Of a stretch of 64,000 nt of DNA, positions 31,001 through 39,134 are shown piece after piece. Origin of the DNA: an uncultured Chloroflexia bacterium (lineage in GTDB: Bacteria; Chloroflexota; Limnocylindria; Limnocylindrales; CSP1-4); NCBI GenBank assembly GCA_963768655.1, contig CAVYIM010000003.1, positions 64,001 through 128,000 of the forward strand, read 5' to 3'. How positions within the stretch are numbered: position 1 is the first letter of the stretch; each line of letters begins with the position of its first letter. The translations under genes were made by a program, and so were the position numbers. The notes below the pieces were generated by a model that had not been told where the DNA came from, ran no database searches, and saw only the letters and a list, made by a program, of their open reading frames with translations.

Positions 31001-31555
31001 GGCGAGCTCACGGCGATCCCGCAGGAGCTCGCGCAGGCCCAGGAGCATGAAGAGCGAGCCGACCACATCCGCCTGGCCCCAGATCGCGCTGTTGAACCAG
31101 GTGATGGGGTTGAACAGCACGATCGCGGCCGCGCAGACGGCCCGCCGTCGAGACGCACCCAGCTCCTGCGTCATGACGAAGACGACCCAGGCAAGAGCCA
31201 GGTCCGTGAAGATCGGGATCAGCTTGATCGATTGGTCATCGATGCCGCCGAACGGCGAGAAGATCAGGCCCTGGACCCACAGGAAGATCAGGTAGACGGG
31301 TGGGTAGTCCAGAAAGCCGGCTCTGTCGTAGAACCCGATGGGTCCCTGCGCTACGAGCTGGCTGCTCCAACCCCGAAACGAACCGAGGTCGGAAGGGAAA
31401 CCCGACCCCGGAACCAAAACGTATGCGATGATGAGTCGGAGGGCCAGACCCAGGAGGAGAAGGACGACGATGGCGAGAACAGAGGTATGGACACCACTCG
31501 TTCCCGCCGGCGCGTTCCCCCGCGGGCTGGCCTCTCGCGTGCTCGGGCCTGCCAA
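25028..31555 (-). CDS. Giant double GT-C protein: ALG6/PIG-M-like mannosyltransferase fused to a PMT (GT39)-like protein mannosyltransferase with an extracytoplasmic insertion
   Basis: N-terminal domain: DYPP, NSAIWGQAD, LNAYNPW, HERY. C-terminal domain: MYFDEVYHAR, EWTHPMLAK, WR, QSRIAMND, ALASKW, H.ASSPWWAWPLDLKPVW, GNP and FQYHF. Exact start uncertain. Confidence 0.88.
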   Translation of the reverse strand: MAGPSTREASPRGNAPAGTSGVHTSVLAIVVLLLLGLALRLIIAYVLVPGSGFPSDLGSFRGWSSQLVAQGPIGFYDRAGFLDYPPVYLIFLWVQGLIFSPFGGIDDQSIKLIPIFTDLALAWVVFVMTQELGASRRRAVCAAAIVLFNPITWFNSAIWGQADVVGSLFMLLGLRELLRDRRELAAALAVVAALTKIQLGILGVLVGFVILRRSLAPREGRPDPGRVLTSIASGLAAGALVCLPFTGLDFVGLAGRLATPQGLLTLPAGLIAGLGVYLLVMRSELVSAANRELAAAAAAAATVMGFAAMAFGSIANHIIDTFGEYPYLTLNAYNPWALVGYGTGGAMDQSLGWIHDALVYDNGAAQPYFSVGPFSARVLVVMAVAILVLVAVAAVAWTHAGATDRAEAPGPSEGGAGAAPAAAPLESEPWTASAPGKPPFSLPSELRAVAIGCTVAVVAILFLLAGQPIGGLPAWIVGDGFLVAIMVGVSAWAAWRDDRLSIAVALAILAIAFFVVPTRAHERYLFPFFAVGAILLAVSWRWSVAYAALAVVNAANLLAVLVEYQGIPGVQGAPGVAGPISGLLGDWGNFLKSAEWAGLIWPIALSGVVTGLALLWALTQMRTRAVRMLAWELARAGGEPGPQRLWPGPLMGPQALAGPGWASEGAARRAQFRPDSRPDSRPEPEMKWAAEAPAGGGTPASGAPSGEGASGGEMAVYDDYEGYDEPAGEEPEFVPGFVMSAWRWLSRSSTMPDRSASLATEPKGRFDKLDLWVVVALVIVILSMRVYRLDEPDQMYFDEVYHARTATEFLQDWRYGIRHDIYEWTHPMLAKYAIAGGLVLFSDDKVTATSNLDVPVKDAVVEPRILPDDSGSPTDPRSNPDARLGDRLYVATGTEVIAYDLQTRAVEATYQIPGASALSIAADTGDLYVGTSDGRIWRIDMFQLDDVRLGAASAPTPPTELSTQTGFPIVKIYADSPPLILAVDATGTIVSTDGTGKILARETLDGAADFAPLSSTTTAVVRTPTSIPAASLSAEAKAIASAVGMTAEDVEAALSSPANSGLDTVIDLGILSDDQISALQTLIDASQLPGIAIRSDDPEVVVAYGDGVGIMDVRTLAVTSTINTASVVRTPTASQSMDVSAEAQTIASTVGEDPSQVETELNAAAGSAVEQPIDLGTLTPGEISSLQQFIADGQLPGIAIRDHPATSIAIDSTMRNATTQEWYVAVGSSILLIDVNDSGDATISADPDQELSVMPGPVTKVVFDSATQITQALGQTPDGSGWTVYAIESNGNAVFSDAKLPFDPVAIGADSTPDQPNTDRQDLLAVASNGDMAQVDIGQFAFAWRIVGVLFGALMAVCLYLLARLLFRRRSVGVLVALFSCVDGMFFAQSRIAMNDTYVGGFLLLAYLIFAYIWLGAKNDRRSWLTFWIGMPLVGLVLGLALASKWVALYAIASIGILIFIRSALGRLLTIMGLVAGTGILGWNAIAEMQTLPGTGNVAALLLTLGLGLAVLVGGVWYAMVRARTTPDRVLFVAVGALISLPIFYWAMRYYPSPDQNGGPDYTFFLIMLMATAVAAAVNAYHPIAWTKQEFWFAVVAPLGIGVVAGLGWLIVGILDFVPLQGILFYVASRGIAGGLVLAPVIAFGFWLVGKKGFGPLAVPPSPDDPASFAEPPAPAPEGWLRLGSGFGLPAAWMVASLLILPLVVYVALYIPWAVPWHQETADSGPLPILMCWNTVTTDANTYCTNAWPPGHTGQTLMQLTEQMYAYHNDLRAQHAASSPWWAWPLDLKPVWFESVSYGPDIGSWIHDGGNPVLWWLAIPGMAFVCWQAFKRRSLGLALIAMAFLWQWLSWARIDRAAFQYHFYTALPFFLLGLAYFLAELWHGPSRRTWLLARAAAVGAAMVPAVLWIAKYPLCTLARVDVTNYFGNTACGSVTGTLTVEARIFLIALVLLGALAVLALTLIRLERRSPEQNDEDRSWIIQLVFPVAVAGALILWLGANGPRDVIFQAALPPDLLALVMAVLGVCLGILAITARDSRRLVLGICIFAVVAFALLYPDLSALPMPNLLLNVYDAILPTWFYGFQFADNLQASQTVQLIGGAALIVSVAALGVALMAGYVAWGQRVVAGYRRHQRLLAGPGAEDGGAGHSAGEPADGAAAGAAAEPADAPDEAPTS
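27953..28498 (-). repeat. Two diverged 75-aa internal repeats in the giant GT (28274-28498 and 27953-28177)
   Basis: Both read VVRTPT..SAEA..IAS.VG...IDLG.L...IS.LQ..I...QLPGIAIR. Confidence 0.85.
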
Positions 31556-31584
31556 CCGAAACGGCCTCCTGGACGAGCGCTGAG

Positions 31585-33435
31585 GTGGAGGGGAGTATAA
31601 CCCAGGCCACGCCTGGGGACGGCGGATCGGCCACTCCCGCCGCCGAGCCGGCGGGCGGAGCGCCCGGCGGCGCCTCCGACGCCCGGGACGAGAAGGTGCG
31701 CCCTGCGCCCTTCCTCTGGGGCATCGCCCTCGTCGTCCTGTGCCTGATCGTGTTCGTCTTCACGAACCCGAACCGCGAGAACCCGTACATCCACTTCGTC
31801 TGGCAGGCTCAGGCCTGGCTCGACGGGCAGACCTCGATCGCGACCCACGTTCAGCCGTCGGCGACCTCGCCGGGCAATTCCTGGTATCAGGACTTCCAGC
31901 CGATCCTCGACGCCAGCGGCAACGACACCAACCGCGGCAACCTTCCATTCCCGCCGCTCCCGGCACTGGTCCTGCTGCCGTTCGTCGCCGTGTGGCACCT
32001 GTTCACCAACGAGCAGCTCCTAGCCACGATCTTCGCCGCGCTGGACGTTGGGATTGCCTATTGGGTCCTGGGCTACCTGCCGATCCGACAGGAGGTGCGC
32101 CGTCTGACCGTGTTGTTCCTCGGCCTGGGCACGGTCCTCTGGTACGCGGCCGCCATCGGCAGCACCTGGTTCTGGGCCCACATCGTCGCCATCGGCTGCC
32201 TGCTGGCGGCGATCGGATTCGCGTTATCGGCCGACCGCGGCGCCGCCGAGCCGCGGCCCCTCGCAGATGAGATCGCCGCGGCTCGGCCTGCGGCGTGGCC
32301 CGGCCGCTGGCGATCGGCGGCGGCAGTCGTCGTCCTGGGCGTGCTCGGCGAGCTGCTATTCCAGCTGGCCGGGGCCGGCACGGCAACGGCCACGGTCGCC
32401 GGCGTGGGCGTGCTCCTGGCGATCGGGGCCGCCATCCTGGCCCTCGCCGTGTCCGGCGGGCGCGGTGTTCTGGTGCCGCTCGTCGCCGTCGTCGCCGTCG
32501 TCGGCGGCGTACCGGCGGCCCTCGTCCTCGGAGCCGGGAACCCGCAGGCGCTGGCGGCGTTGGACGCCGCGGTCCTGGTGCTGGTCGTCGTGCTGTTGAT
32601 CGTGGCCCGCGTTCGACCCGAGTCGACGGAGCGGGCGGTGACCGCCTTCTGGGATGCCCTGGAGAGGCCGGATACTCGCCAGCTGGCCGCCGGGCTGCTG
32701 TTCGGCCTCGCCTGCACCGCGCGGCTGACGATCGTCTTCGGCTTCCCGTTCCTGCTCCTGGTGGGCGGCGGCGGCACCTGGTTGCGGCGCGGCCTGCTGG
32801 CCGGTGCCGGAGCGGCGGTCCCGCTCGTGGCGCTGCTCGTCTACACGTACGCGCAGACGGGGCACCTGTTCAACCCCGTATACGACTACCTGTATCAGCA
32901 AGAGCTCGGGTACACGTTTCTCAACTACAACGCGAACTGGTCGATCGAGGACCTGCGCTACGTGCCGCAGAACCTGATGATCATGCTGTTCAACACGCCC
33001 CTGATCATGCCCAACCAGTATCCCTGGTCGTCAGATCTGCTCTGCCAGGGCGGGGCCGCGCGCGGGTTGTTCGACAAGTCCTGCCCGATCGCGGTCCCGA
33101 ACTGGGTCGGCAACAGCGTCATCCTGACCAGTCCGGCCTACCTGCTCGCCCCGCTGGCCTTCATCCCGGCCCTGTGGCGCAAGCTCGACCGCGTGACGGT
33201 GGGCGCCGCCATCGCCGTCGCGGCGATTGCGTTCGTCAACCTCATGCACTTCAGCCAGGGCTGGGTTCAGTTCGGCTACCGTTTCAGCAACGACTTCGCG
33301 CCGTTCGCCATCCTGCTGGTCGCGCTCGGTGCGAACCGCCTCGGCCGCTACTGGTGGGTGCTCCTGCCGTTCGTAGCCGCTTCGATCGCCATCAACCTGT
33401 GGGGCACCGTCTGGGGAGTGATGCTTGGCTGGTGA
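31585..33435 (+). CDS. Multi-pass membrane protein, probable GT-C glycosyltransferase
   Basis: FVWQAQAWLDGQ, FPPLPAL, GSTWFWAH and GWVQFGYRFSNDF, with many TM helices. Start uncertain. Confidence 0.75.
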   Translation: MEGSITQATPGDGGSATPAAEPAGGAPGGASDARDEKVRPAPFLWGIALVVLCLIVFVFTNPNRENPYIHFVWQAQAWLDGQTSIATHVQPSATSPGNSWYQDFQPILDASGNDTNRGNLPFPPLPALVLLPFVAVWHLFTNEQLLATIFAALDVGIAYWVLGYLPIRQEVRRLTVLFLGLGTVLWYAAAIGSTWFWAHIVAIGCLLAAIGFALSADRGAAEPRPLADEIAAARPAAWPGRWRSAAAVVVLGVLGELLFQLAGAGTATATVAGVGVLLAIGAAILALAVSGGRGVLVPLVAVVAVVGGVPAALVLGAGNPQALAALDAAVLVLVVVLLIVARVRPESTERAVTAFWDALERPDTRQLAAGLLFGLACTARLTIVFGFPFLLLVGGGGTWLRRGLLAGAGAAVPLVALLVYTYAQTGHLFNPVYDYLYQQELGYTFLNYNANWSIEDLRYVPQNLMIMLFNTPLIMPNQYPWSSDLLCQGGAARGLFDKSCPIAVPNWVGNSVILTSPAYLLAPLAFIPALWRKLDRVTVGAAIAVAAIAFVNLMHFSQGWVQFGYRFSNDFAPFAILLVALGANRLGRYWWVLLPFVAASIAINLWGTVWGVMLGW

Positions 33436-35296
33436 AGATCCGCATCGAATCGATGGCTCGCCGGAGGTGACTCAACCCTCCAGCCGAACCGAGACGATCC
33501 GGCTTCGCGTCGAGCGGGCCGGCCTAAATCGCGATCTGGCGGCGGCCGCTCTGGCGCCGCTCGTCGCGGCCGCGGCGACGCTTGCGCTCGTCATTCCGAC
33601 TCTCGCCCCGGGCGTCCTCTCCTGGGACACCGCCGAGTTCCAGGCCGTTGCGCCGGTGCTCGGCACCGCCCATCCCACCGGCTACCCGGCTTACGTGATC
33701 CTGGGCTTCCTCGCCTCGCACCTGCTGCCCTTCGGCGACCCGGCCTATCGGATGAACCTGCTCCAGGCCATCCTGGCGGCCGGAGCCGTGGCCGGCACCG
33801 TGGCCGTGGTCCAGTACCTGACGGGGATGCGCTGGGTGGCCCTGGCCACCGGGCTCCTGCTCCTGATCATGCCCACCTGGTCGCCCACCTCGGTCAGCTT
33901 CCCGGACGGCACCCAGTTCACGACGAGTCCGTTCTTCTGGCGCCTCTCCACTCACGCCGACCCGCACATGTTCCATCTCGCGCTGGTGGCGCTGATCTTC
34001 CTGCTGCTGCTCGTCTGGGAGAGACGGCGGACTGACCGCTACCCCGAGAAGCGCCGCCGATCGGACCGCTGGCTGGTGGCCGCGGCGTTCGTCTACGGCG
34101 TGGCCGTCGCCAACCATTCTCTGGCCCTGCTGCTGCCGCCGGCGATAGGCCTGTTCGTTCTCACCGTGGCGCCGCGGATCGTCCTCGAGTGGCGCCTCAT
34201 CCTCAAGTGCGCGGCCGTCCTGGGCGTGACCGTAGTCGTGCTGTTCCTGGAGCTGCCGATCCGCGCGGCCATGAACGCGCCACTGGTTTACGGCCATCCG
34301 GACACGTGGAGCGGCTTCCAGTACGTCGTCCTGGCCGAGCAGTTCCGAGGCAGCCTCTCGGATCCGCTGGGCGATCTCGGGGTCAAGTACGCGGCGGTGA
34401 TGAATCTCCTCTCGAGCTGGCTGGGGCCGCTTGCATTCCTGGCCGCGATCGGATTGGGGACGAGCCTGGTGCGACGGCCACGCTACGTCCTGCTGAGCGG
34501 ACTCGCGGCGGTGGCAACCGCGGGTTTCTCGGCCGCGTACGCGAACGCGGACATCGAGCGGTACTACCTGGTGCCTCTCTTCGTGGCCTTCACTTTCGTG
34601 GGCCTGGGGCTGGCCGACGCCTTGTCCCTGGGCGTGTGGCTGATCGGCTCGGCCGGGCAGAGGGTCGTGGGGCGCGCGGCTCCGGCAGCCGTGCCAGAGG
34701 AAGGCCCCTCCGCCGCCTCCGACGTCGCACCGCCGGACGCCTCGGCCGCACCGGAGGCCGCAACCGAGGTTGCCGTCGGCGGGCCTACCCGAAACAATGA
34801 CCGCCGGAACGGGCAGGCATTGCTGCTGGTCGAGATCGTCGCGGCCATCGTCCTCGTCGCGGCCGGCATGACAATAGTCCCCGCGCGCCAGATGGTGCCC
34901 AGCAACAACCAGGGCGCAGTGAGTGAAACCGACCAGACCGGCCCCGGAATCTGGATGCGAGCCGTGCTCGCCCCGCCCGATCAGGGCGGTCTCCCGGCGA
35001 ACTCGGTGATCGTGAGCTGGTGGAGCGACTCGACGACCCTCTGGTATGGCCAGAAGGTCGAAGGCCTGCGCCCGGACATCTTCATAGTCGATGACCGCAC
35101 TCGCCTGGACGACAATCTCGGCGACGTGTGGGATGTCGTCGACCGTTATCTCGGCCAGCGACCGGTCTTCCTCGATCGTCTGGAAGGTGGCGTCGACGGG
35201 ATGGACGCCTTGAGCCAGATGTACAACTTGCAGGAATTCCCGCTGACCAACGGGGGCTCGATCGCCGAGGTCATCAGCAAGAAGGTCACGCCGTGA
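33425..35296 (+). CDS. DUF2723 / TMEM260-like protein O-mannosyltransferase
   Basis: TLAPGVLSWDTAEFQAVAPVLGTAHPTGYPAY and PAYRMNLL are the DUF2723 signature. Confidence 0.88.
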   Translation: MAGEDPHRIDGSPEVTQPSSRTETIRLRVERAGLNRDLAAAALAPLVAAAATLALVIPTLAPGVLSWDTAEFQAVAPVLGTAHPTGYPAYVILGFLASHLLPFGDPAYRMNLLQAILAAGAVAGTVAVVQYLTGMRWVALATGLLLLIMPTWSPTSVSFPDGTQFTTSPFFWRLSTHADPHMFHLALVALIFLLLLVWERRRTDRYPEKRRRSDRWLVAAAFVYGVAVANHSLALLLPPAIGLFVLTVAPRIVLEWRLILKCAAVLGVTVVVLFLELPIRAAMNAPLVYGHPDTWSGFQYVVLAEQFRGSLSDPLGDLGVKYAAVMNLLSSWLGPLAFLAAIGLGTSLVRRPRYVLLSGLAAVATAGFSAAYANADIERYYLVPLFVAFTFVGLGLADALSLGVWLIGSAGQRVVGRAAPAAVPEEGPSAASDVAPPDASAAPEAATEVAVGGPTRNNDRRNGQALLLVEIVAAIVLVAAGMTIVPARQMVPSNNQGAVSETDQTGPGIWMRAVLAPPDQGGLPANSVIVSWWSDSTTLWYGQKVEGLRPDIFIVDDRTRLDDNLGDVWDVVDRYLGQRPVFLDRLEGGVDGMDALSQMYNLQEFPLTNGGSIAEVISKKVTP

Positions 35297-36168
35297 GCGC
35301 AGCCGAAGAAACGCACAAGTCCGGCCCGACGGCCCCCGCCCCGGCCCCCGCCCCGGCCCCGGCCCCCGCCCCCGCCCCCGCCCCGGCCCCGGCCCCGGCC
35401 CCCGCCCCCGCCCCCGCCCCGAAGGTCGCCGAGCTGTCGCTCTTCTTCCCCGCCCACAACGAGGAGGCGAACCTCGAGGCCCTCGTCGACGAGGCGCTGG
35501 CGACGCTGCCCTCACTGGCGACCAGGTTCGAGGTGATCGCGGTCGACGACGGCTCGAAGGACCGGACGCCTGCCATCGCCGACGACCTGGCGAAGCGCCA
35601 TCCGGACGTCTTCCGCGTGGTCCACCACCCGATCAACCTCGGCTACGGGGCCGCGCTTCGATCCGGCTTCCGAGCAGCCCGCTACGACCTGATCGCCTTC
35701 ATCGACGGCGACCGCCAGTTCAAAGTCATCGACGTCGGCCGCTTGACGGCTCGGATAGTCGCGTCCGATTCTCCGGATGTCGTCGTGGGCTTCCGTCTCC
35801 ACCGCGCCGACCCACCGATCCGGCGCTGGTACGCCCGCGTCTACCGCTTCTCGAACCGCGTCTTCTTCGGTGTCCGCGTCCACGACATCGACTGCGCCTG
35901 CAAGCTCTTCAAACGCGCGGCCCTGGAGCCCATCAGAGTGGCCTCGGGCGGCGCCTTCTTCACCGCCGAACTCCTGATCAAGCTGCGCTTCGAAGGCCGC
36001 CGCGTCGCCGAGGTAGGCGTGCCGCACTATCCGCGGACGGCCGGCTCGCCCACCGGCGCGAAGCCGAGAGTGGTCTTGCGGGCAGTCCGCGACTTCTGGT
36101 CGCTGCGCATCCGCCTATGGCTGGGCCGGTCGAAGGGCATGCGCCGCGGCGAGGCGATGCTCGGCTAG
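35293..36168 (+). CDS. GT2 polyprenol-phosphate sugar (mannose/glucose) synthase, DPM1/Ppm1-like
   Basis: FFPAHNEE, VDDGSKD, NLGYGAAL.SG, DGDRQF, DIDCACKL and HYPR. GTGA overlap with the upstream gene. Confidence 0.9.
   Translation: MSAAEETHKSGPTAPAPAPAPAPAPAPAPAPAPAPAPAPAPAPKVAELSLFFPAHNEEANLEALVDEALATLPSLATRFEVIAVDDGSKDRTPAIADDLAKRHPDVFRVVHHPINLGYGAALRSGFRAARYDLIAFIDGDRQFKVIDVGRLTARIVASDSPDVVVGFRLHRADPPIRRWYARVYRFSNRVFFGVRVHDIDCACKLFKRAALEPIRVASGGAFFTAELLIKLRFEGRRVAEVGVPHYPRTAGSPTGAKPRVVLRAVRDFWSLRIRLWLGRSKGMRRGEAMLG
35332..35421 (+). repeat. 6-bp tandem repeat (GCCCCS)15 encoding (Ala-Pro)15
   Basis: 90 nt of GCC CCC/CCG units near the GT2 N-terminus. Confidence 0.95.
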
Positions 36169-36216
36169 AGACGGCCGACCGGGCCGGCTGCTGCGTGCAG
36201 CGGGCGCCCCCGAGGG

Positions 36217-36729
36217 CTACTCCGTCGTTCCGGGACCCTCGCGGTGGCCCTCTTCGAGATCCACGTCCAGCGAGTTGACGAACTCGCGGAAGACTTCGAG
36301 CTTCTCGTCGACGTGTGCCTCCGGCTCGACGCCGGCCTTGTCCAGGACCGCCTCGGAGGCGAAGATCCGGACTCCGGTCCGAACCGCCAGTGCAAGCGAA
36401 TCCGACGGTCGGGCATCCACCTCGAAGGTCTGGCCGTCCAGCTCGACTTCGAGCGTGGCGTGGTACGTCTCCTCGGCCAGGCTGGAGATGATCACCCGCC
36501 GAAGCTTCGCCCCAAGCGCGGTCAAGGTGGATACGAACAGGTCGTGCGTGAGCGGTCGCTCGGGAGTCACGCCCTGCAGGCGCGTGGCGATGGCATTGGC
36601 CTCCCACGGGCCGATCCAGATCGGAAGATAACGGTCCCGCTCCGTCTCCTTGAGGAGAACGACGTGCTGGCTGGAGAGCATGTGGACCCGGACGCTCTCG
36701 ACGACGACCTCGACCAGCGAGTCTGCCAT
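36217..36729 (-). CDS. Bifunctional nuclease family protein (DUF151)
   Basis: RYLPIWIGPWEANAIA, RPLTHDL and DARPSD. Confidence 0.92.
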   Translation of the reverse strand: MADSLVEVVVESVRVHMLSSQHVVLLKETERDRYLPIWIGPWEANAIATRLQGVTPERPLTHDLFVSTLTALGAKLRRVIISSLAEETYHATLEVELDGQTFEVDARPSDSLALAVRTGVRIFASEAVLDKAGVEPEAHVDEKLEVFREFVNSLDVDLEEGHREGPGTTE

Positions 36730-36801
36730 GGCCGGATTATCCCACTACCCGTTCGCCCTCGCGCCGGGCCCCTGGCTCCGCCCGCGAACCGGCCGGGCCG
36801 C

Positions 36802-39084
36802 TCAGGGCTTCTTGGTGGCCTTGGGCTTGGCCGTCGGCAGGGGCGTCGGGGAGGGGCTGGCGCTCGGCGACGGCGTCGGGGAGGGGCTCGGCGAGGCGCT
36901 GACCGCCGACCCGGTCCCAAGCGGAGCACTCAGGAGGTTACCGCTCTCGATCCAGTAGAGCGTCGGATTCGAACCGTTCGGACCGGTCTCGACGAACATC
37001 GCCTGCAGAGCGGAAAAGTACGGCGACGTGGCCGGCAGGACGAACTCCTGCACGTACGTCCCGTTGATCTTCGTGACCGATACGATCCGCCGGCCGACGC
37101 CGTCGTAGGAGTAGAGGTTGCCCTGGTCGGGGTTGTCGTTGTCGGCGGAGATCCTCGTGTAGAAGGGCGCCGAGGGTCGTATGACGGTGTCGCCCGGCGG
37201 GTCGGCCGTCCAGTTCTTGATCTCCTCGCCGGAGTCGAACCGCCTGATCACCCCGTCATCGGCCAGATAGACGCTGCCATCGATGTACATGTCGTCGACC
37301 TGGGACACGTTCAGGTTCTGGCCGGTCAGGTAGTTAGCTTCGGACTGGGCGTAGTAGCCGGTTCCGTCGCTCGACTCCGGATACTTCAGGACCTGCCCAG
37401 CCGACGGAACCACCACGTAAAGGGAGTATTGGCCCAGGTTGTAGTTGGTCAGGAACGTTCCGATCGCCCGGACGTTGGATCCCCACGTTCCCGAGTCCGT
37501 GACGGTGATCTCGAACAGCGTGCCCTCACCGACTCCCCCAGCCGCCGCGGGCCGCCAGCGCCACAGGTTGTTGGCCTGGTCGAGGATCAGGACGTCCTTG
37601 CCGCCCGTGGTGAGCAGGCGGGGCATGCCGAAGGTGCCGCCGCTCGCCGGTTGCTCGCCCTGGACCGCCACTGCCACTTGGGCCCGCGTCTGTAGATCGA
37701 CCCGGAAGACGGTTTCGTCGGTCTGGTCGATGACGTACGCCCCGCCGTCCGGACCGAGCACGAGCCCCGTCAGCTGGTCGCTTCCGAATGAGAGGACGAC
37801 CTGCGGGTGGATCACGACGACGTGGTAGAGAGTGTCGAGATCGCCGACGACGTCGCTGGTGAGTCCGGCCAAGGCGTCGGCCGAGTAGCCTTGCGCGGCG
37901 ACCTGGAGGTTCCGGTACGCATCTTCGAGATACGACTTGGCGGTCGGCGGATCGCTCAGCAGGAGGTCGCGGCCACTGCCGTGGACCGCGAACCAGTCGC
38001 TCTGCGCTTGCAGGTAGGCGGCCTGGAGGCGGTTCTGCAGATCGGTGCCCATTTCGCGGCGAGTGCCGGCCAGGTACCAGAGCGAGGTTCCGACGACCGT
38101 CAGGACGAGCAGCAGGCCGACAACGGCGCTCGCGACGCGGCGCTGGCGCTCGCGCTGGACGGCGATAGGAGTGACCCGGACCCGCTGGACCGGCCGCCGC
38201 GGCATCCGGTCGAAGAGGCCGTAGACGCTGTGGCGGAGCATGCCGTCCGCCGTGCGCTGGACCTGCTTGGCCGTGTGCTGGACCGTCGACACGCTCTCGA
38301 CGACCGAGTCGGCCATCGGGATCGGCGAATGATCCGGCACTCCGGCCAGCGAGTCGCTCGGCCAGACCGGCTTCAGCGGCTGGCTCTTCTGGGTGACCGG
38401 CACCTCGTCCGCCTCGAGGGCGAGCATGCCGTCACCGCCCGCCACGCCCAGGCCACCGCCGGCCAGCTGGCGATGGATCTGGTCGATCGCGACCTGCGGG
38501 TGCAGCTGGATCACCGCGTCCTGGATCGGCGCCAGGCCGATCCGGCGCGTAGCGTTGGGAGAAATGAGGATGATGCTGTCGCCGGCCAGCAAATCGCCGT
38601 GCCAGACTTCGGGGTCGGTGCCGTCCTCGCAGGGCAGCCCGCTGGCCGGGTTGGGCGCGGGCAGAGTCAGCAGCCTGGCCTCACGGACCAGGTACGCCTC
38701 GGCCGGTCCCACGGTCGCAACGTAGAGCTCGTTGCTCCTGACCACGGCCAGCGCGATTCCGATTGGGCCGCCCTCGCCCTGCTTGGCGACCAGCCGCTCC
38801 GTGACGCGAAGCTCGCGGTTCGCCGCCCTGATGGCCTTCTTGAGGCAGACGGTGATGCCGGCCGACTCGTCGTAGTAGTACTCGTGCCGGACGCGCTCGG
38901 CGACCATGTTCGTCGCAGACCGAAGCTCACCCCCACCCTCGCCCGTGACGACCAGATAGAGGTTGCCCTTCGTCCGGGTCGTCGACCCGATGCTGGGCTC
39001 CACTACCAGGACCGTGTCTGGAGAGTCGGGCGGTCGCTGCGACTCGGCCACGAGGCCGAGCTTCATTTCAAGGCGGACGGTCAT
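36802..39084 (-). CDS. Bitopic protein: degenerate PP2C-like domain, TM helix, extracellular beta-propeller
   Basis: PP2C fold landmarks (KGNLYLVVTGEGG, AIRAAN, LYVATVGPAEAYLVR, GDSIILISPN), a central TM helix, propeller-like repeats and an SP/TP-rich tail. Confidence 0.75.
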   Translation of the reverse strand: MTVRLEMKLGLVAESQRPPDSPDTVLVVEPSIGSTTRTKGNLYLVVTGEGGGELRSATNMVAERVRHEYYYDESAGITVCLKKAIRAANRELRVTERLVAKQGEGGPIGIALAVVRSNELYVATVGPAEAYLVREARLLTLPAPNPASGLPCEDGTDPEVWHGDLLAGDSIILISPNATRRIGLAPIQDAVIQLHPQVAIDQIHRQLAGGGLGVAGGDGMLALEADEVPVTQKSQPLKPVWPSDSLAGVPDHSPIPMADSVVESVSTVQHTAKQVQRTADGMLRHSVYGLFDRMPRRPVQRVRVTPIAVQRERQRRVASAVVGLLLVLTVVGTSLWYLAGTRREMGTDLQNRLQAAYLQAQSDWFAVHGSGRDLLLSDPPTAKSYLEDAYRNLQVAAQGYSADALAGLTSDVVGDLDTLYHVVVIHPQVVLSFGSDQLTGLVLGPDGGAYVIDQTDETVFRVDLQTRAQVAVAVQGEQPASGGTFGMPRLLTTGGKDVLILDQANNLWRWRPAAAGGVGEGTLFEITVTDSGTWGSNVRAIGTFLTNYNLGQYSLYVVVPSAGQVLKYPESSDGTGYYAQSEANYLTGQNLNVSQVDDMYIDGSVYLADDGVIRRFDSGEEIKNWTADPPGDTVIRPSAPFYTRISADNDNPDQGNLYSYDGVGRRIVSVTKINGTYVQEFVLPATSPYFSALQAMFVETGPNGSNPTLYWIESGNLLSAPLGTGSAVSASPSPSPTPSPSASPSPTPLPTAKPKATKKP

Positions 39085-39134
39085 GACGACTGCTAGCGGC
39101 GGATGTGAATCTGTCCGGGATCAGCAGGTGGCGA

